Assembly: GCA_951406725.2 (NCBI GenBank)
Contig: OX597815.1
Coordinates: 5,208,001-5,272,000 of the forward strand
Length of the DNA stretch: 64,000 nt
Direction: 5' to 3'
Source: Octopus vulgaris
Lineage: Eukaryota
The notes beneath the pieces were generated by a model. The model searched no databases, had not been told where the DNA came from, and saw only the letters and a program-made list of their open reading frames with translations. Each line of letters starts with the position of its first letter. Position 1 is the first letter of the stretch. A program made the position numbers and the translations under genes. Shown here in pieces: positions 43,233-55,276 of the stretch.

Positions 43233-43402
43233 TATATACGACAGGCTTCTTTCAGTTTCCGTCTACCAAATCCACTCACAAGGCATTGGTCGGCCCAGGG
43301 CTATAGTAGAAGACACTTGCCCAAGTAGCCAGGCAGTGGGACTGAACCCAGAACCATGTGGTTGGTTAGCAAGCTACTTACCACACACCCACTCCTGCAC
43401 CT
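42961..43402 (-). mobile_element. SINE family A, full length
   Basis: Complete match to family A. Confidence 0.92.
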
Positions 43403-43409
43403 ATATATG

Positions 43410-43453
<44 letters not shown>

Positions 43454-44001
43454 CGCGCACTTGTGTTGGTGTTTGTCCAACACCATCACCACTTGACAAG
43501 TGGTGTTGTTCTGTTTAGGCCCTCGTAACTTACCAGTTTTTCAAAATAACGAAGTGTTGTGAGCTTCATGCCTTTCTCAACATGTGCATTAACATAATCG
43601 GAATGCAGGCGAACGGAGAGCCGGAATTAACCGGAATTAACCGTAAACTGACGAATATTTTGACAGTTTATATGAATCGCCACGTGACACAGAAAATCTG
43701 CTAATTACGGCATTTATTACTGATTAGTAATTAATTAGTCTCTAACTGGCCATAACAGGCAACGACCGGGTCACTGTAGTGAGTCAGAAGTTCGGACATT
43801 TATAGGCAACTAAATTAATAAAGAAATGAATTATTAATTGACTCTACGTTGGGTTGTTAATTAATAAACTAAATTAAAAGACAATGAATTAGCAGAATCA
43901 GGTGATCGTCTGGCAAAATATCTTGTGGAATTATTTAATTATATCTCATATGTTTTGAGTTCGAATCACACCCATGACTTCTTTGCCAATATCTAGCTTA
44001 C

Positions 44002-44104
44002 AAAGTTCGCTGAATTAAGCACTTCGTCACGCATTGAGGCCGACATCGTCAAAACCCTCGCTGTCATCGACTTTAAGGTCCTTAGCAACTCCAAAGTCTC
44101 AAGA
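44002..44104 (-). other. Candidate 103 nt exon
   Basis: Minus-strand acceptor TTATTATCTGTTTCAG, donor TTT|GTAAGC; not repeated elsewhere in the window. Confidence 0.35.
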
Positions 44105-44149
44105 CTGAAACAGATAATAAATATAATAAAACAAAAAAAATTATTTTCA

Positions 44150-44294
44150 TTTTGTACATTATTTACATTTGACGGATATTTGTCCTCATCTAGTTTGTTG
44201 TTAACACAATATTTCGGCTGATATCCCCCAGCCTTCATCAGGTGTCTTGTGGAAATTTCGAACCTGGTTCTCATTCCTAAGGTATTTTTCGATG
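44150..44294 (-). mobile_element. Penelope-like pLTR fragment
   Basis: Inverted copy of 45252-45400; contains a hammerhead motif. Confidence 0.7.
44203..44246 (-). ncRNA. Minimal type I hammerhead ribozyme with intact core
   Basis: GACAC-CTGATGA-A-GGCTG.GGGGATAT.CAGCC-GAAA-TATT-GTGTT. Confidence 0.75.
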
Positions 44295-44297
44295 TTG

Positions 44298-44350
<53 letters not shown>

Positions 44351-44904
44351 GAGTGAGAGAGCAGTTCATGTCATCAAAGTGACACTGGGGTAAAATATAC
44401 GAAGCCCAATATACCCATCATGACTACCCGTCTGATAAGGGTACACTAGGCACATGCATCACAACCATATGTGCGCGACATGGTGATCTCATATCAAGAT
44501 AAACAGCACATGACCTTGCAGGTGGGGCCCAGTTAGAATTTTCTTCAGGTTGAGTAACCCATCCCACTCAAAAGGTCCCTGAATAAGGGTTGTTTAAGGA
44601 TGTTGAAAGAACCACCCATGTTTCCAGAGGTGAATTATTCAAACCCCAAAGAATCCCTCTCAACACATGGTTATGATGCTCCCTACTACTTCTGCTCGTG
44701 ATCAGAGATGCACATATCGTCAGCCACTAAGGGACATGCTCAACTGGTTAAGGTCAAACAACTTACAAACACATCTGTGGTATTGAGCAGAATATTTGCT
44801 GTAGCCCATCTTTTATACCAACACAAAACAATGTACATGATAACACTTCCAATCAGTTAAGATCAGAAGCCATGAGAGCCATTGCCTGGAACTGCATCAG
44901 GACA

Positions 44905-44907
<3 letters not shown>
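44351..44907 (-). mobile_element. ~555 bp non-coding element within (TAA)n
   Basis: Homologous to 61152 and 62093; all three share the left boundary TATT|GAGT(G/A)AGAGAGCAG; strand inferred. Confidence 0.75.
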
Positions 44908-44998
<91 letters not shown>

Positions 44999-45142
44999 TT
45001 TTTTTTCCTTCTTTCTTCAAATTTTCTTCCGTTTGTCGCCGAGTGTTTTCCGTACACCTAGGGCAAAGAAGCTCATTGTATGCATTCCCAGGTTACACAC
45101 GCAAATTCACAGGTATTTCTTCTTCTTCTTCTTCTTCTTCTT

Positions 45143-45235
<93 letters not shown>

Positions 45236-45239
45236 TAGG

Positions 45240-45425
45240 TCACTGCCTAGAATCGAAAAATACCTTGGGAATGCGAACCCAGTTTCGAAATTTCCTCAAG
45301 GCACCTGATGAATGCTGGAGGGTATATCACCTGAAACGTTGTGTAAACAACAAACAAGACGAGGACAAATATCCGTCAGATGTAAATAGTGTAAATAATT
45401 CCTCATCGCTTAAATATAGAACTGA
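45240..45425 (+). mobile_element. Penelope-like pLTR fragment with hammerhead at 45301-45344
   Basis: GCAC-CTGATGA-A-TGCTG..CACCT-GAAACGTT-GTGT; stem II damaged. Confidence 0.7.
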
Positions 45426-45782
45426 AAAAATATGTTTTAAAAAGTGGTTGATTAATTATTGTTTAACTAAAAACAAATTTCATGAATCGCACACAAAATG
45501 AAGGACTTTTCCCTGGTTACCTCCCACGTCGATGGGAACTCGAATGTGTGTGTGTGTGTGTACACACGCTACCAAACACACACGCGCGCGCGCTACCACA
45601 GAAACACACTTACACACTTACACATGCACACATACCGATCATCTTCACACTCATCTGTCTCAAAAAGCACTTTCTCTTCCTCCTTCTACTTCCAGTCACT
45701 TCAGAAATGTATCTGCACGTGGACTGTTGGGCGAATTTCTCGTCTGTTTTCCTTCTTTCACTTTGGATTTTCTTGTTTTTCC

Positions 45783-45819
45783 TGTTTCCGACGAAGAGCT
45801 TTGCTCGAAACGTAAAACA
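45783..45819 (+). ncRNA. Minimal type I hammerhead motif
   Basis: TGTTT-CCGACGA-A-GAGC.TTT.GCTC-GAAACGTA-AAACA; U4 replaced by C. Confidence 0.65.
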
Positions 45820-45949
45820 ACTCTCTTCTTTCATCGAGCGTCATATTAATACACTGGTTGTGTAACGTCCCCACATTTGATTAGTTTTTCTTTTCTATTT
45901 TTCTCTGCTTTTTGAATTCACTATACATGCATACATAAATATATATGTG

Positions 45950-46009
<60 letters not shown>

Positions 46010-46018
46010 CATACATAC

Positions 46019-46057
<39 letters not shown>

Positions 46058-46070
46058 CATACATACATAC

Positions 46071-46109
<39 letters not shown>

Positions 46110-46112
<3 letters not shown>

Positions 46113-46333
46113 CGAGCTGGCAGAAACGCTAGCACGCCGGGCGAAATGCGTAGCCGTTTTTCGTCTGCCGTTACGTTCCGAGTTCAAATTCCGCCGAGGT
46201 CGACTTTGCCTTTCATCCTTTCGGGGTCGATAAATTAAGTACCAGTTACGCACTGGGATCGATGTAATCGACTTAATCCGTTTGTCTGTCCTTGTTTGTC
46301 CCCTCTGTGTTTAGCCCCTTGTGGGTAGTAAAG

Positions 46334-46337
<4 letters not shown>
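46110..46337 (+). mobile_element. SINE family B
   Basis: Head, central domain and tail. Confidence 0.9.
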
Positions 46338-46374
<37 letters not shown>

Positions 46375-46450
46375 GCATATATACATACATATGTGTACAT
46401 ACCTACATCAATATGTGTATATACATGCATATATGGGTGCAGGACATATT

Positions 46451-46672
46451 TGGCGGCGAGCTGGCAGAATCGTTAGCACACCGGGCGAAATGCTGAGCGG
46501 TATAAGGTCTACCGTTACGTTCTGAGTTCACATTCCGCCGAGGTCGACTTTGCCTTTCATCCTTTCGTGGTCGATTAAATAAGTACCAGTTACGCACTGG
46601 GGTCGATGTAATCGACTCAATTCCTTGTTTGTTTCCCCTTTGTTTAGCCCCCTGTGGGCAATAAAGAAATAT
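46451..46672 (+). mobile_element. SINE family B inserted in another repeat
   Basis: Flanked by CAGGACAT at 46440 and 46685. Confidence 0.88.
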
Positions 46673-46684
46673 ACATATATATAC

Positions 46685-47556
46685 AGGACATCAAAAAGCG
46701 TTAACAAAATGAGAAACGAGAACATAAATACAAAAACATTGAAAACGAACTTTTTTCCAACAACGAAAGAAAAAACAAAAAGAGAAACGAGACAGGCAAT
46801 ATAAAGAACGTTCCCTTCATCAGTTGTTCCCTGTTTTATCTACTCCGCGTTTCGAACGTAGGGACAAGACGCGACTTCGTTAAAACAGTCGTTCCCGCAA
46901 AGCAATTGAAAACAAAATGGGGATTTGCGGAGGGTTAAAATGGTGACAAAAACAGGATAGTGAGAACAAAACAGTAAAAACAAGCGGTAAGGGCTGTTGA
47001 GCCATAACGAGATGAAGTGGGGAACGCTGGAGAAACGAGCTTTGAGAAGAGACAGGCAAAAACACGTCTTGTCTTTAGGAAGGAAGTGGAAGAAAGAAAG
47101 ATAGATAACCGTTGGTCACGTGTGAGCAACGAGAGTCAAGGAGGAAGAGTAAGGGAGAGAGAGAGGGAACGATGAGGGGAAGAGGAGAAGAATTAGAGAA
47201 AGGGTGGAAGAGAAAAACAGAAAAGAAGAGGGAGATAGAATAGAGATAGGTTGTAGAGTGCGCATCGGAATTATTAGGATAAAACTTACTTGGAAATGGA
47301 TGCGTAACGTTCGATCATCTAATAATATAAATAATATATAGATATATGCATATATACATATATATACATACCTACATATGTATGTATATACACATGCATA
47401 TATAAGTACAGAACTTCAAAAGAACGTGAACAAAATGAAAAACGAGCACATGAAAAACAAAAACTTGGAAAACAAATAGAGAAACGAGACATGTAACTTA
47501 AAGAACATTCCCTTCATCAGTTGTCCCTTGTTTTCTCTACTCCGCGCTTGAAGCGT
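46685..47556. repeat. Element with diverged direct terminal repeats (46685-46860; 47409-47556)
   Basis: AGAGAAACGAGACA..AAAGAAC.TTCCCTTCATCAGTTGT..TCTACTCCGCG occurs twice. Confidence 0.65.
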
Positions 47557-47586
47557 ATAAATATAATCTACTATAAATATAATCTG

Positions 47587-47775
47587 TAGGCGCAGGAGTG
47601 GCTGTGTGGTAAGTAGCTTGTTTACCAACCACATGGTTCCGTGTTCAGTTCCAGTGTGTGGCACCTTAGGCAAGTGTCTTCTACTATAGCCTCGGGCCGA
47701 CCAAAGCCTTGCGAGTGGATTTGGTAGACGAAAACCGAAAGAATCCCGTCGTATATATGTATATATATATATATA

Positions 47776-47823
<48 letters not shown>

Positions 47824-48045
47824 TGTGTGTGTTTGTGTGTCTGTGTTTGTTCCCCTAGCATTGCTTGACAACCGATGCTGGTGTGTTTATGTCCCCGTAA
47901 CTTAGCGGTTCGGCAAAAGAGACCGATAGAATAAGTACTGGGCTTACAAAAAAGAATAAGTCCCGGGGTCGAGTTGCTCGATTAAAGGCGGTGCTCCAGC
48001 ATGATCGCAGTCAAATGACTGAAACAAGTAAAAGAGTAAAAGAGT
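47587..48045 (+). mobile_element. SINE family A, full length
   Basis: Complete match to family A. Confidence 0.92.
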
Positions 48046-48279
48046 ATACCTGTTTCGGTAGAATTTTATTGAGGCATTCATAGGTTACATCCTCAGGCAA
48101 AAATTCTTTAACATGAGTAAACAGGCGAGATAAAACGTAGGCTATGACCTTCCCAACAACCAGCATGGGGAATAAGTTTAATCAGCGGCAATTTCCAAAG
48201 GTAACCCCACGACCGACAGTTTCGTGCAAATATCAATCAAAACCTCTTGGCATTGAATCACCTTTGAAACGCTCTGTTT

Positions 48280-48503
48280 TACTTTTTTTCACTTTTTACT
48301 TGTTTCAGTCATTTGACTGTGACCATGCTGGAGCACCGCCTTTGGTCAAGCAAATCACTCCAGGACTTATTCTTTGTAAACCTAGTTCTTATTCTATCGG
48401 TCTCTTTTGCCGAACCGCTAAGTTACGGGGGCGTAAACACACCCACATCGGTTGTCAAGCGATGTTGGGGCGGACAAATAGAGGCACACACACACACACA
48501 CGC

Positions 48504-48538
<35 letters not shown>

Positions 48539-48698
48539 CATATACATATATACGATGGGATTCTTTCAGTTTCCGTCTACCAAATCCACTCGCAAGGCTT
48601 TGGTCGGCCCGAGGCTATAGTAGAAGACACTTGCCCAAGTAGCCATGCAGTGGGAATGAACCCGGAACCATGTGGTTGGTAAGCAAGCTACTTACCAC
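48280..48698 (-). mobile_element. SINE family A
   Basis: Near-complete match. Confidence 0.9.
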
Positions 48699-48996
48699 GG
48701 CTTAGGGTATTTGATTCATGATCGTTAGTTCGTGATTTCGATTACCGGTGACGCGTTGTGTCCTTGTGTCCTTGTGCAAGACACTTTATTACTCGTGACC
48801 CCTGCCCACTTATCTGCCAAAAAATGTGTTGCCCCTGCAATTCAAATCCCCAACCTTGTTACATTCTGTGTCACACTGAATTTTCCTGATAACTACATTA
48901 AGAGTACCCTTGTCTCTGGGGTGCTCAACCACTTGGACGTAAATTTCACGAGCAGGTTCACCTGAAACACCCGTTGTCGCAACCGACGGAGTGCCA
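48698..48996 (+). mobile_element. Diverged SINE (16355-type), head-to-head with family A copy
   Basis: TGTGTCCTTG..GCAAGACACTTTATT; tail GCAACCGACGGAGTGCC. Confidence 0.7.
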
Positions 48997-49368
48997 CGCG
49001 CTCTATTTCGTTAATCCTATATATTCCTCTATAATCTTATCGGATTACATTTATGGTATCATGTATACTATCAAGAAATATGACATAAATACAATTATTA
49101 TAATTTAGCACTTAATAATTTTAATCAAACTTCTTCCTGCTTATACAAACTGATGAAATTAAGGCTAATTTTCAGAAGAGAAATATTTATTATATTAAAA
49201 TAAGATTGAATAAACAAACCTTTCGCTTGTATCTTTGCAATAAATATATGTTATTAGTTTTCGAAATGTTATCAACATAATCACAATGTGCATTATCGAA
49301 AATCTATCTCTGCAATTTACACCCTTTTGTGCCTCTTTTTTCTTTTTTTCTTTCATCATGATTCTTTC

Positions 49369-49407
<39 letters not shown>

Positions 49408-49552
49408 CGTTCCTTTACTTATTGCCTGCCTCCAAGCTTTATATTATTTGCGTTCATCATCCTCTTATGCATCTCTCAGTCACTCTCTCTCCCTCTCTAT
49501 ACGCGACTGGAGACGTCAACCAACCAGCCAATCAACCAGCATTTATATCGGC

Positions 49553-49623
<71 letters not shown>

Positions 49624-49625
<2 letters not shown>

Positions 49626-49842
49626 GCCTTTGCACAGCTTCTAACGCTGGAGATGTACTACGGTGCCAGCTGTTCACTACCAGTGAACTAAGGTAACACC
49701 TCTTATTTTTCGAGCACCATCCAGAGTATTCGAGCGGTTCCAAGCAATGCCGTTTCTAGCAAGTGCTCCACCGTATTTTCGGCCCTATTTGTTCCATCAT
49801 GTACTTCACGAGATCTTTGCTCACTGTTCTCAGGGCTCCGAC

Positions 49843-49913
<71 letters not shown>

Positions 49914-50340
49914 TATGTTTGACTTTTGCTTTATGTTTGTACAAGTTGGTTCCAAGTCTCACCCAGAGACCTCAAGAGACAACAGGTTGGATGTTTACGT
50001 TGTTGTTATGCCTAGTGTGCCATATATTTGGGTTTTTTTTTTGGTGTTGTACTAGTGAATGTCTAATAAATAAATTTTTAAAAAAAAATTTTGTTTTAAA
50101 CCTTGGGATTACATAGAGAGTATTTTGCGTAGGATATGAGCAGTTCCCATGAGCACTATCTTTTGAATTTCTGCCATTTTGGGGTTTCCTGGTATCTGAG
50201 TTAGGTAGCAATCAGCCCCTTTCGCTATCATTCCCAGGACACCTATGACAACAGGTATTGTTTTAGTCTTCAGGTTCCACATTTTGCTGATTTCTATTTC
50301 AAGATCTTTATATTTGCTCAGTTTTTGGTAGGTCTTGACA
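49624..50340 (-). mobile_element. Two stacked R4/Dong 3' fragments separated by (TTA)n
   Basis: 49624-49842 matches the 6706 family; 49913-50340 matches the 61669 family. Confidence 0.85.
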
Positions 50341-50368
50341 GATACGTTTATAAACGTTTATATATACG

Positions 50369-50424
<56 letters not shown>

Positions 50425-50559
50425 GGCTTTCTTCTTCCTTTAATTTTCTTTCCATTTCTTGCCGAGTGTCTTTCCGACACCTAGGGTGTAGAAACTTGCT
50501 GTATACATCGACAGGCCATTAAAATAAACCCGCCAGATTGTCGTACATAGTTTTGTTAA

Positions 50560-51045
50560 AACAACCGGAACACAAGCCTGGGTATAGGATTTTATCATTT
50601 TAATCAACAGAACGCAGGAGTGTTGCCATTTGAGCAATGTGCACATGGAAAGTTGCATCGTTACTCCAGGATTTCCAGGTCACGCACCGACTCTAACTCT
50701 GGGATTACATTGCCTGCTGGTCCCTTTTACTTCATCTGTAGTTAGTTTGTAGCGGAGAGCTTGAAATTTTGCGTCATTGAACTGCATATTATTCTCATCA
50801 GCCCATTTGTAAATTGCGTTCAGGTTATTCTGCAGTCTTAGGATGTCAGTTGGGTCATTGACTGCCTGCGATACTTTTGTATCATCGGCGTAGCTGGTGA
50901 GTGTGGCTGACTCTGTCCGAGAGAGCAAGCACAAACAGTAGTGGTCCCAGCACTGTTCCCTGGGGGACTCCGCTGAGGATTGGTGTCACTTCAGAGAGAG
51001 CACCATTTGCTGAGACAACCTGACTTCTGCCCTTCAGGCAGTCAG
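50560..51045 (-). pseudogene. CR1-group LINE reverse transcriptase fragment
   Basis: SGVPQGTVLGPLLF, YADDTK, LQNNLNAIYKWADENNMQFN. Confidence 0.9.
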
Positions 51046-51156
51046 CAAATTGAAAATTAAAAATTAATAATCACGAATAACAAAACGACAATAGTCAACC
51101 TGATGTACAGATGGAATGTATTAGCTTGATGGTCATTAAAAAGTGGTCATTAAAAA

Positions 51157-51388
51157 GGCGGCGAGTTGGCAGAAACGTTAGCACGCCGGGCGAAATGCGT
51201 AGCCGTATGTCATCTGCCGTTACGTTCTGAGTTCAAATTCCGCCGAGGTCGACTTTGCCTTTCATCCTTTCGGGGTCGATTAAATAAGTACCAGTTACGC
51301 ACTGGGGTCGATATAATCGACTTAATCCGTTTGTTTGTCCTTGTTTGTCCCCTCTGTGTTTAGCCCCTTGTGGGTAGTAAAGAAATAG
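51157..51388 (+). mobile_element. SINE family B
   Basis: Full copy; TSD GGTCATTAAAAA. Confidence 0.92.
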
Positions 51389-51416
51389 GTCATTAAAAAG
51401 TGGTGAAAAGAGTAGG

Positions 51417-51452
51417 TGTCTAACGTTTCGAGCATAGCTTTTCGTCAGAAGG
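51417..51452 (-). ncRNA. Minimal hammerhead motif with weak stem I
   Basis: TT-CTGACGA-A-AAGC.TAT.GCTC-GAAACGTT-AG. Confidence 0.5.
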
Positions 51453-51834
51453 AGGAGAAAGTAGTAATATATTTGTATGACCGAAATTGAGTTACCCCAA
51501 GACGTGAGTTGCTCCATGCATTTAGATAATCTAATAATTGAAGGGATTGACTAGCTGCGGGTTAGCAGCATTTAAACGTGAATTGCATTCAAATGCCGTT
51601 TAGTCACCTCCCATCTCAGCACAAACTACAGTCATTCTCACGTGACGTTCTTGTCCTCAAAATGTTTACCTTACCGACGACCGTCTTTGAGGTATAACTG
51701 AAGACAGACCCGATGCATGCGAGAGAACTGGGGGGACAAAACCAGTCTCAGCTTAACCCGACGCCCTTCACCACATGTGAAACTTAATGGAGTCAAACTT
51801 CAGTAAGATACTAAATAGGTATTGGACAGATGCA

Positions 51835-51927
<93 letters not shown>

Positions 51928-52036
51928 ATGTATATGTGACTGTGTGCATATATGTAATTATTTTCATGAATATAGATATATCTATGTTCCTATCTATGAT
52001 ATGCGTTTATATGTTTGTGTCTGTGTATATATATAC

Positions 52037-52096
<60 letters not shown>

Positions 52097-52099
52097 GTC

Positions 52100-52131
<32 letters not shown>

Positions 52132-52171
52132 TACACACATATATTTATATTTGTGTGTATGTATATATATG

Positions 52172-52206
<35 letters not shown>

Positions 52207-52342
52207 ATAAATATGTGTGTATATATATATATGGATATATATATACACACACATACACACATATATTTATGTTTGTGTGTATGTATTTATATGTATATAT
52301 ATATATATGTGTGTGTGTATAAATATGTGTGTATATATATAT

Positions 52343-52388
<46 letters not shown>

Positions 52389-53777
52389 TTGCGTGTGTGT
52401 GTATGTATATATGCATTCATGCATGGATATGGAGTGAGAGAGAGAGAGAAGAGAAAGAAAGAGAGTGAGATAGAGAAAGAGAGAGAGAGAGTGAGGGGAG
52501 AAATGGGAGAGAGAGGAGAGAAAAAGTGATGAAGGGTTTGAACATTAGTGGCGAATGACTGAATCGATCATTATCAGGCAACCAAATATATTCCGATGGA
52601 GAAGCTTCAGGGAAAAGATTTAGGAATATTTGGAAAACAAAATGTCCTAATTTCTTCAAAAGATAGTCTTCACATCATTTGCGTTTTGAAGAAACTAGTT
52701 TGTTTTAAGTTGGCAGCACGCCGTCAATTTTGGTATTGGAAGAATAATGGTAATCGAAGGCTTATATTACTCTGTTACCGGAACGGATTTCTGGACGATA
52801 ATTTGATAAAATGCCAGGTAGAATGCAATATGGAGGGTTTAGCGATTCAAACAAGGAAGATAGTAATTTTAAAAAATAATGAAGCGAAGGACCAATGTTT
52901 TTTTTTTCTTTTTTGCTTTTCAGAAGCCTTAAAGTGGGTGTGAGTAAAAGTAGCTATCGTCAGACCCTAGAACCGATTCAAGGGTTTACAACGCGGCGGA
53001 GTTCACTAAAAAGTACCTAGGGACAGGTGGGGGTTTTTAAATGGTCAGCGCTTTAAAGTCATTCAACGACTCAGAAACACTGTCTGCAAGGAAAAACAAC
53101 TGTTAAGTTCGAGCTAACCCATTTAATGTTGTGACCACTTTTTAGTTACCTTCTCAAATTTTCTAAAGAAACTAGAGCCAGCACTGAAAATTACAACATT
53201 TCGTGTTACGAATACGTTTATGTAAACAATGAGATCGAAGACAGAAAAATAGGTAATGGTGTATATACATATTTCAGGAGTTATTGCTATTTCATCAGCG
53301 TCACACTAGCACGCCAGCATTAACCACCCACATTGCTTAAAAGGCCACCACGTTTAGTGGCGTGACACTACTGGACTGACCAATTTCGCATATTAAACAC
53401 ACTCCTGGCAACTGGTGCGTAAATATAAATTGGTGCGTACATATAAATTTCGTTGGCATTGTTAGCATGGACGTATTCGAATACGAAACGTTGATCGCTT
53501 TGTTTACATAAACTAGAAATGTTTCTGGGGAGAGAGGAAAAAGAAAATGTTTAGATTAGTAATATTTCAATTAATTTGATAAGTACTGGAGAGAATCCAG
53601 AGATATTTAATTCTTATTAAGGCTTCATCTGCGAAGTATAGAAATCTACCACAGTCGGTGAAATAATGGTGGAGGAATTACTAGGTAGATATACAAGAAG
53701 TGCAGCGTGGAAGGTGTTTATAAGCCATTTAAGAAACACACAAAAACCGTTCGATTCACTTCAACATTTAAATTTAA

Positions 53778-53828
53778 TTTGCCAAAATAATTTCGTCGCT
53801 TTGAGACCGCGACCTGTTCACTGACAAA
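53778..53828 (-). ncRNA. Hammerhead-like fold with non-canonical core
   Basis: TTTGTCA-GTGAACAG-GTCGC.GGTCTCAAA.GCGAC-GAAATTATTT-TGGCAAA. Confidence 0.35.
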
Positions 53829-54836
53829 ACTTCGCGCTGCATCTGAGAAAGTAACAGTTAGTTCATATATATGTACGTATGTATGTGTGTGTGTGTGTAT
53901 GTTTGTATGTATGTATGTATGTATGTATGTATGTATGTATGTATGTATGTACGTACGTATGTATGTATTTATGTGCGTATGTATGTATGTATGTGTGTAC
54001 ATGTATGTGCGCATGCCTTTACGCATGTATGTACTTATGTACTTACGTATGTATGTGAGTATTTAGGAGAGTGTGTAGACGTGTCTGTGTGAGTGTACAT
54101 GCGTATGTACATGTGAACGTATGTTTATGTAATGATATGTGTCAGTTCAAGTTGTATTCATGACTGTTACCTTGTTGAAGGTTGTATATATACACACATA
54201 TGCAAGTACATCTCCGTAAATACAAGAAGTGGTTGTCGTACGAAAATTGAATTGTTTAGAGAATACACAATTCAGGGGAATCGTTAACACGGCGGTTCCT
54301 CTTCTTTTCTCTTGGTTACAATCTTTGGTTCATAATCAATGCATCTTTATTGCGTCTTTTCTGTAAATAATTCCATGATCGTTGCTCTGACCGACTTTCT
54401 CGTTTAGTAACCTATGACAAGACCTTTAAGCGTGCCATCTGCATCGCTTTTCAAGTGCATCATTTGTCAGTTGAATTGCCTGTTTACCATAGGACTGTCT
54501 ATTTTAATGGCTTCTTTCCTCGAGCCGCTGCTTTCTGTAAACCACTACCATCGTCTTGTGTTTTCACCTGGTCTATAATATTCAGGCCTTTAAGGTTCTT
54601 GATAATCTACATCTTTTGAATTTATTGGCCCCCAATTTCCCCCTCCTTTGTAGTCCCTTACGCTACAAAGGCTTCAAGGCTTGATGGGACAAAATCGTAT
54701 ATATATTAAAAAACAAAGATTAAAATTAGATTGTGCTTCAATTTTTCGTCACCAATTATTGTAAAATCTTAGACAATTGTAAGATTCCACACTGTGCACT
54801 CTAGCATTCTTTACATTATTATTTTGTCAAAATCAA

Positions 54837-55232
54837 GGCGGCGAGCTGGCAGAAACGCTAGCACGCCGGGCGAAATGCTTAGCGGTATTTCGCCTACCTC
54901 TACGTTCTGAGTTCAAATTCCGCCGAGGTCGACTTTGCCTTTCATCCTTTCAGGGTCGATTAAATAAGTACCAGTTACGCACTGGGGTCGATGTAATCGA
55001 CTTAATCCGTTTGTCTGTCCTTGTTTGTCTCCTCTATGTTTATCCCCTTGTGGGTAGTAAAGAAATAGGTATTTCGTCTGTCTTTACGTTTTGCGTTCAA
55101 ATTCCGCCGAAGTCGACTTTGCCTTTCATCCTTTCAAGGTCAATAAATTAAGTACCAAGAGCATACTGGGGTCGATCTAATCGACTGACCCCCTACCCCA
55201 AAATTTCGGGCCTTGTGCCTAGAGCAAAAATG
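54837..55232 (+). mobile_element. SINE family B, two body units with a second tail type
   Basis: TSD ATTATTTTGTCAAA on both sides. Confidence 0.9.
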
Positions 55233-55276
55233 ATTATTTTGTCAAATTCGGTGTATTCTATAAATTGTTGATGCGG

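Noticed and set aside
44030-44098. Kinase-like DFGVAKDL on the minus strand
   Set aside because: Immediately preceded by TGA, stop after 23 codons, no other kinase motifs
54440-54585. Possible Penelope GIY-YIG C-terminus (RKEAIKIDSPMVNR, minus strand)
   Set aside because: Match too short and surrounding frame unsupported; needs a profile search
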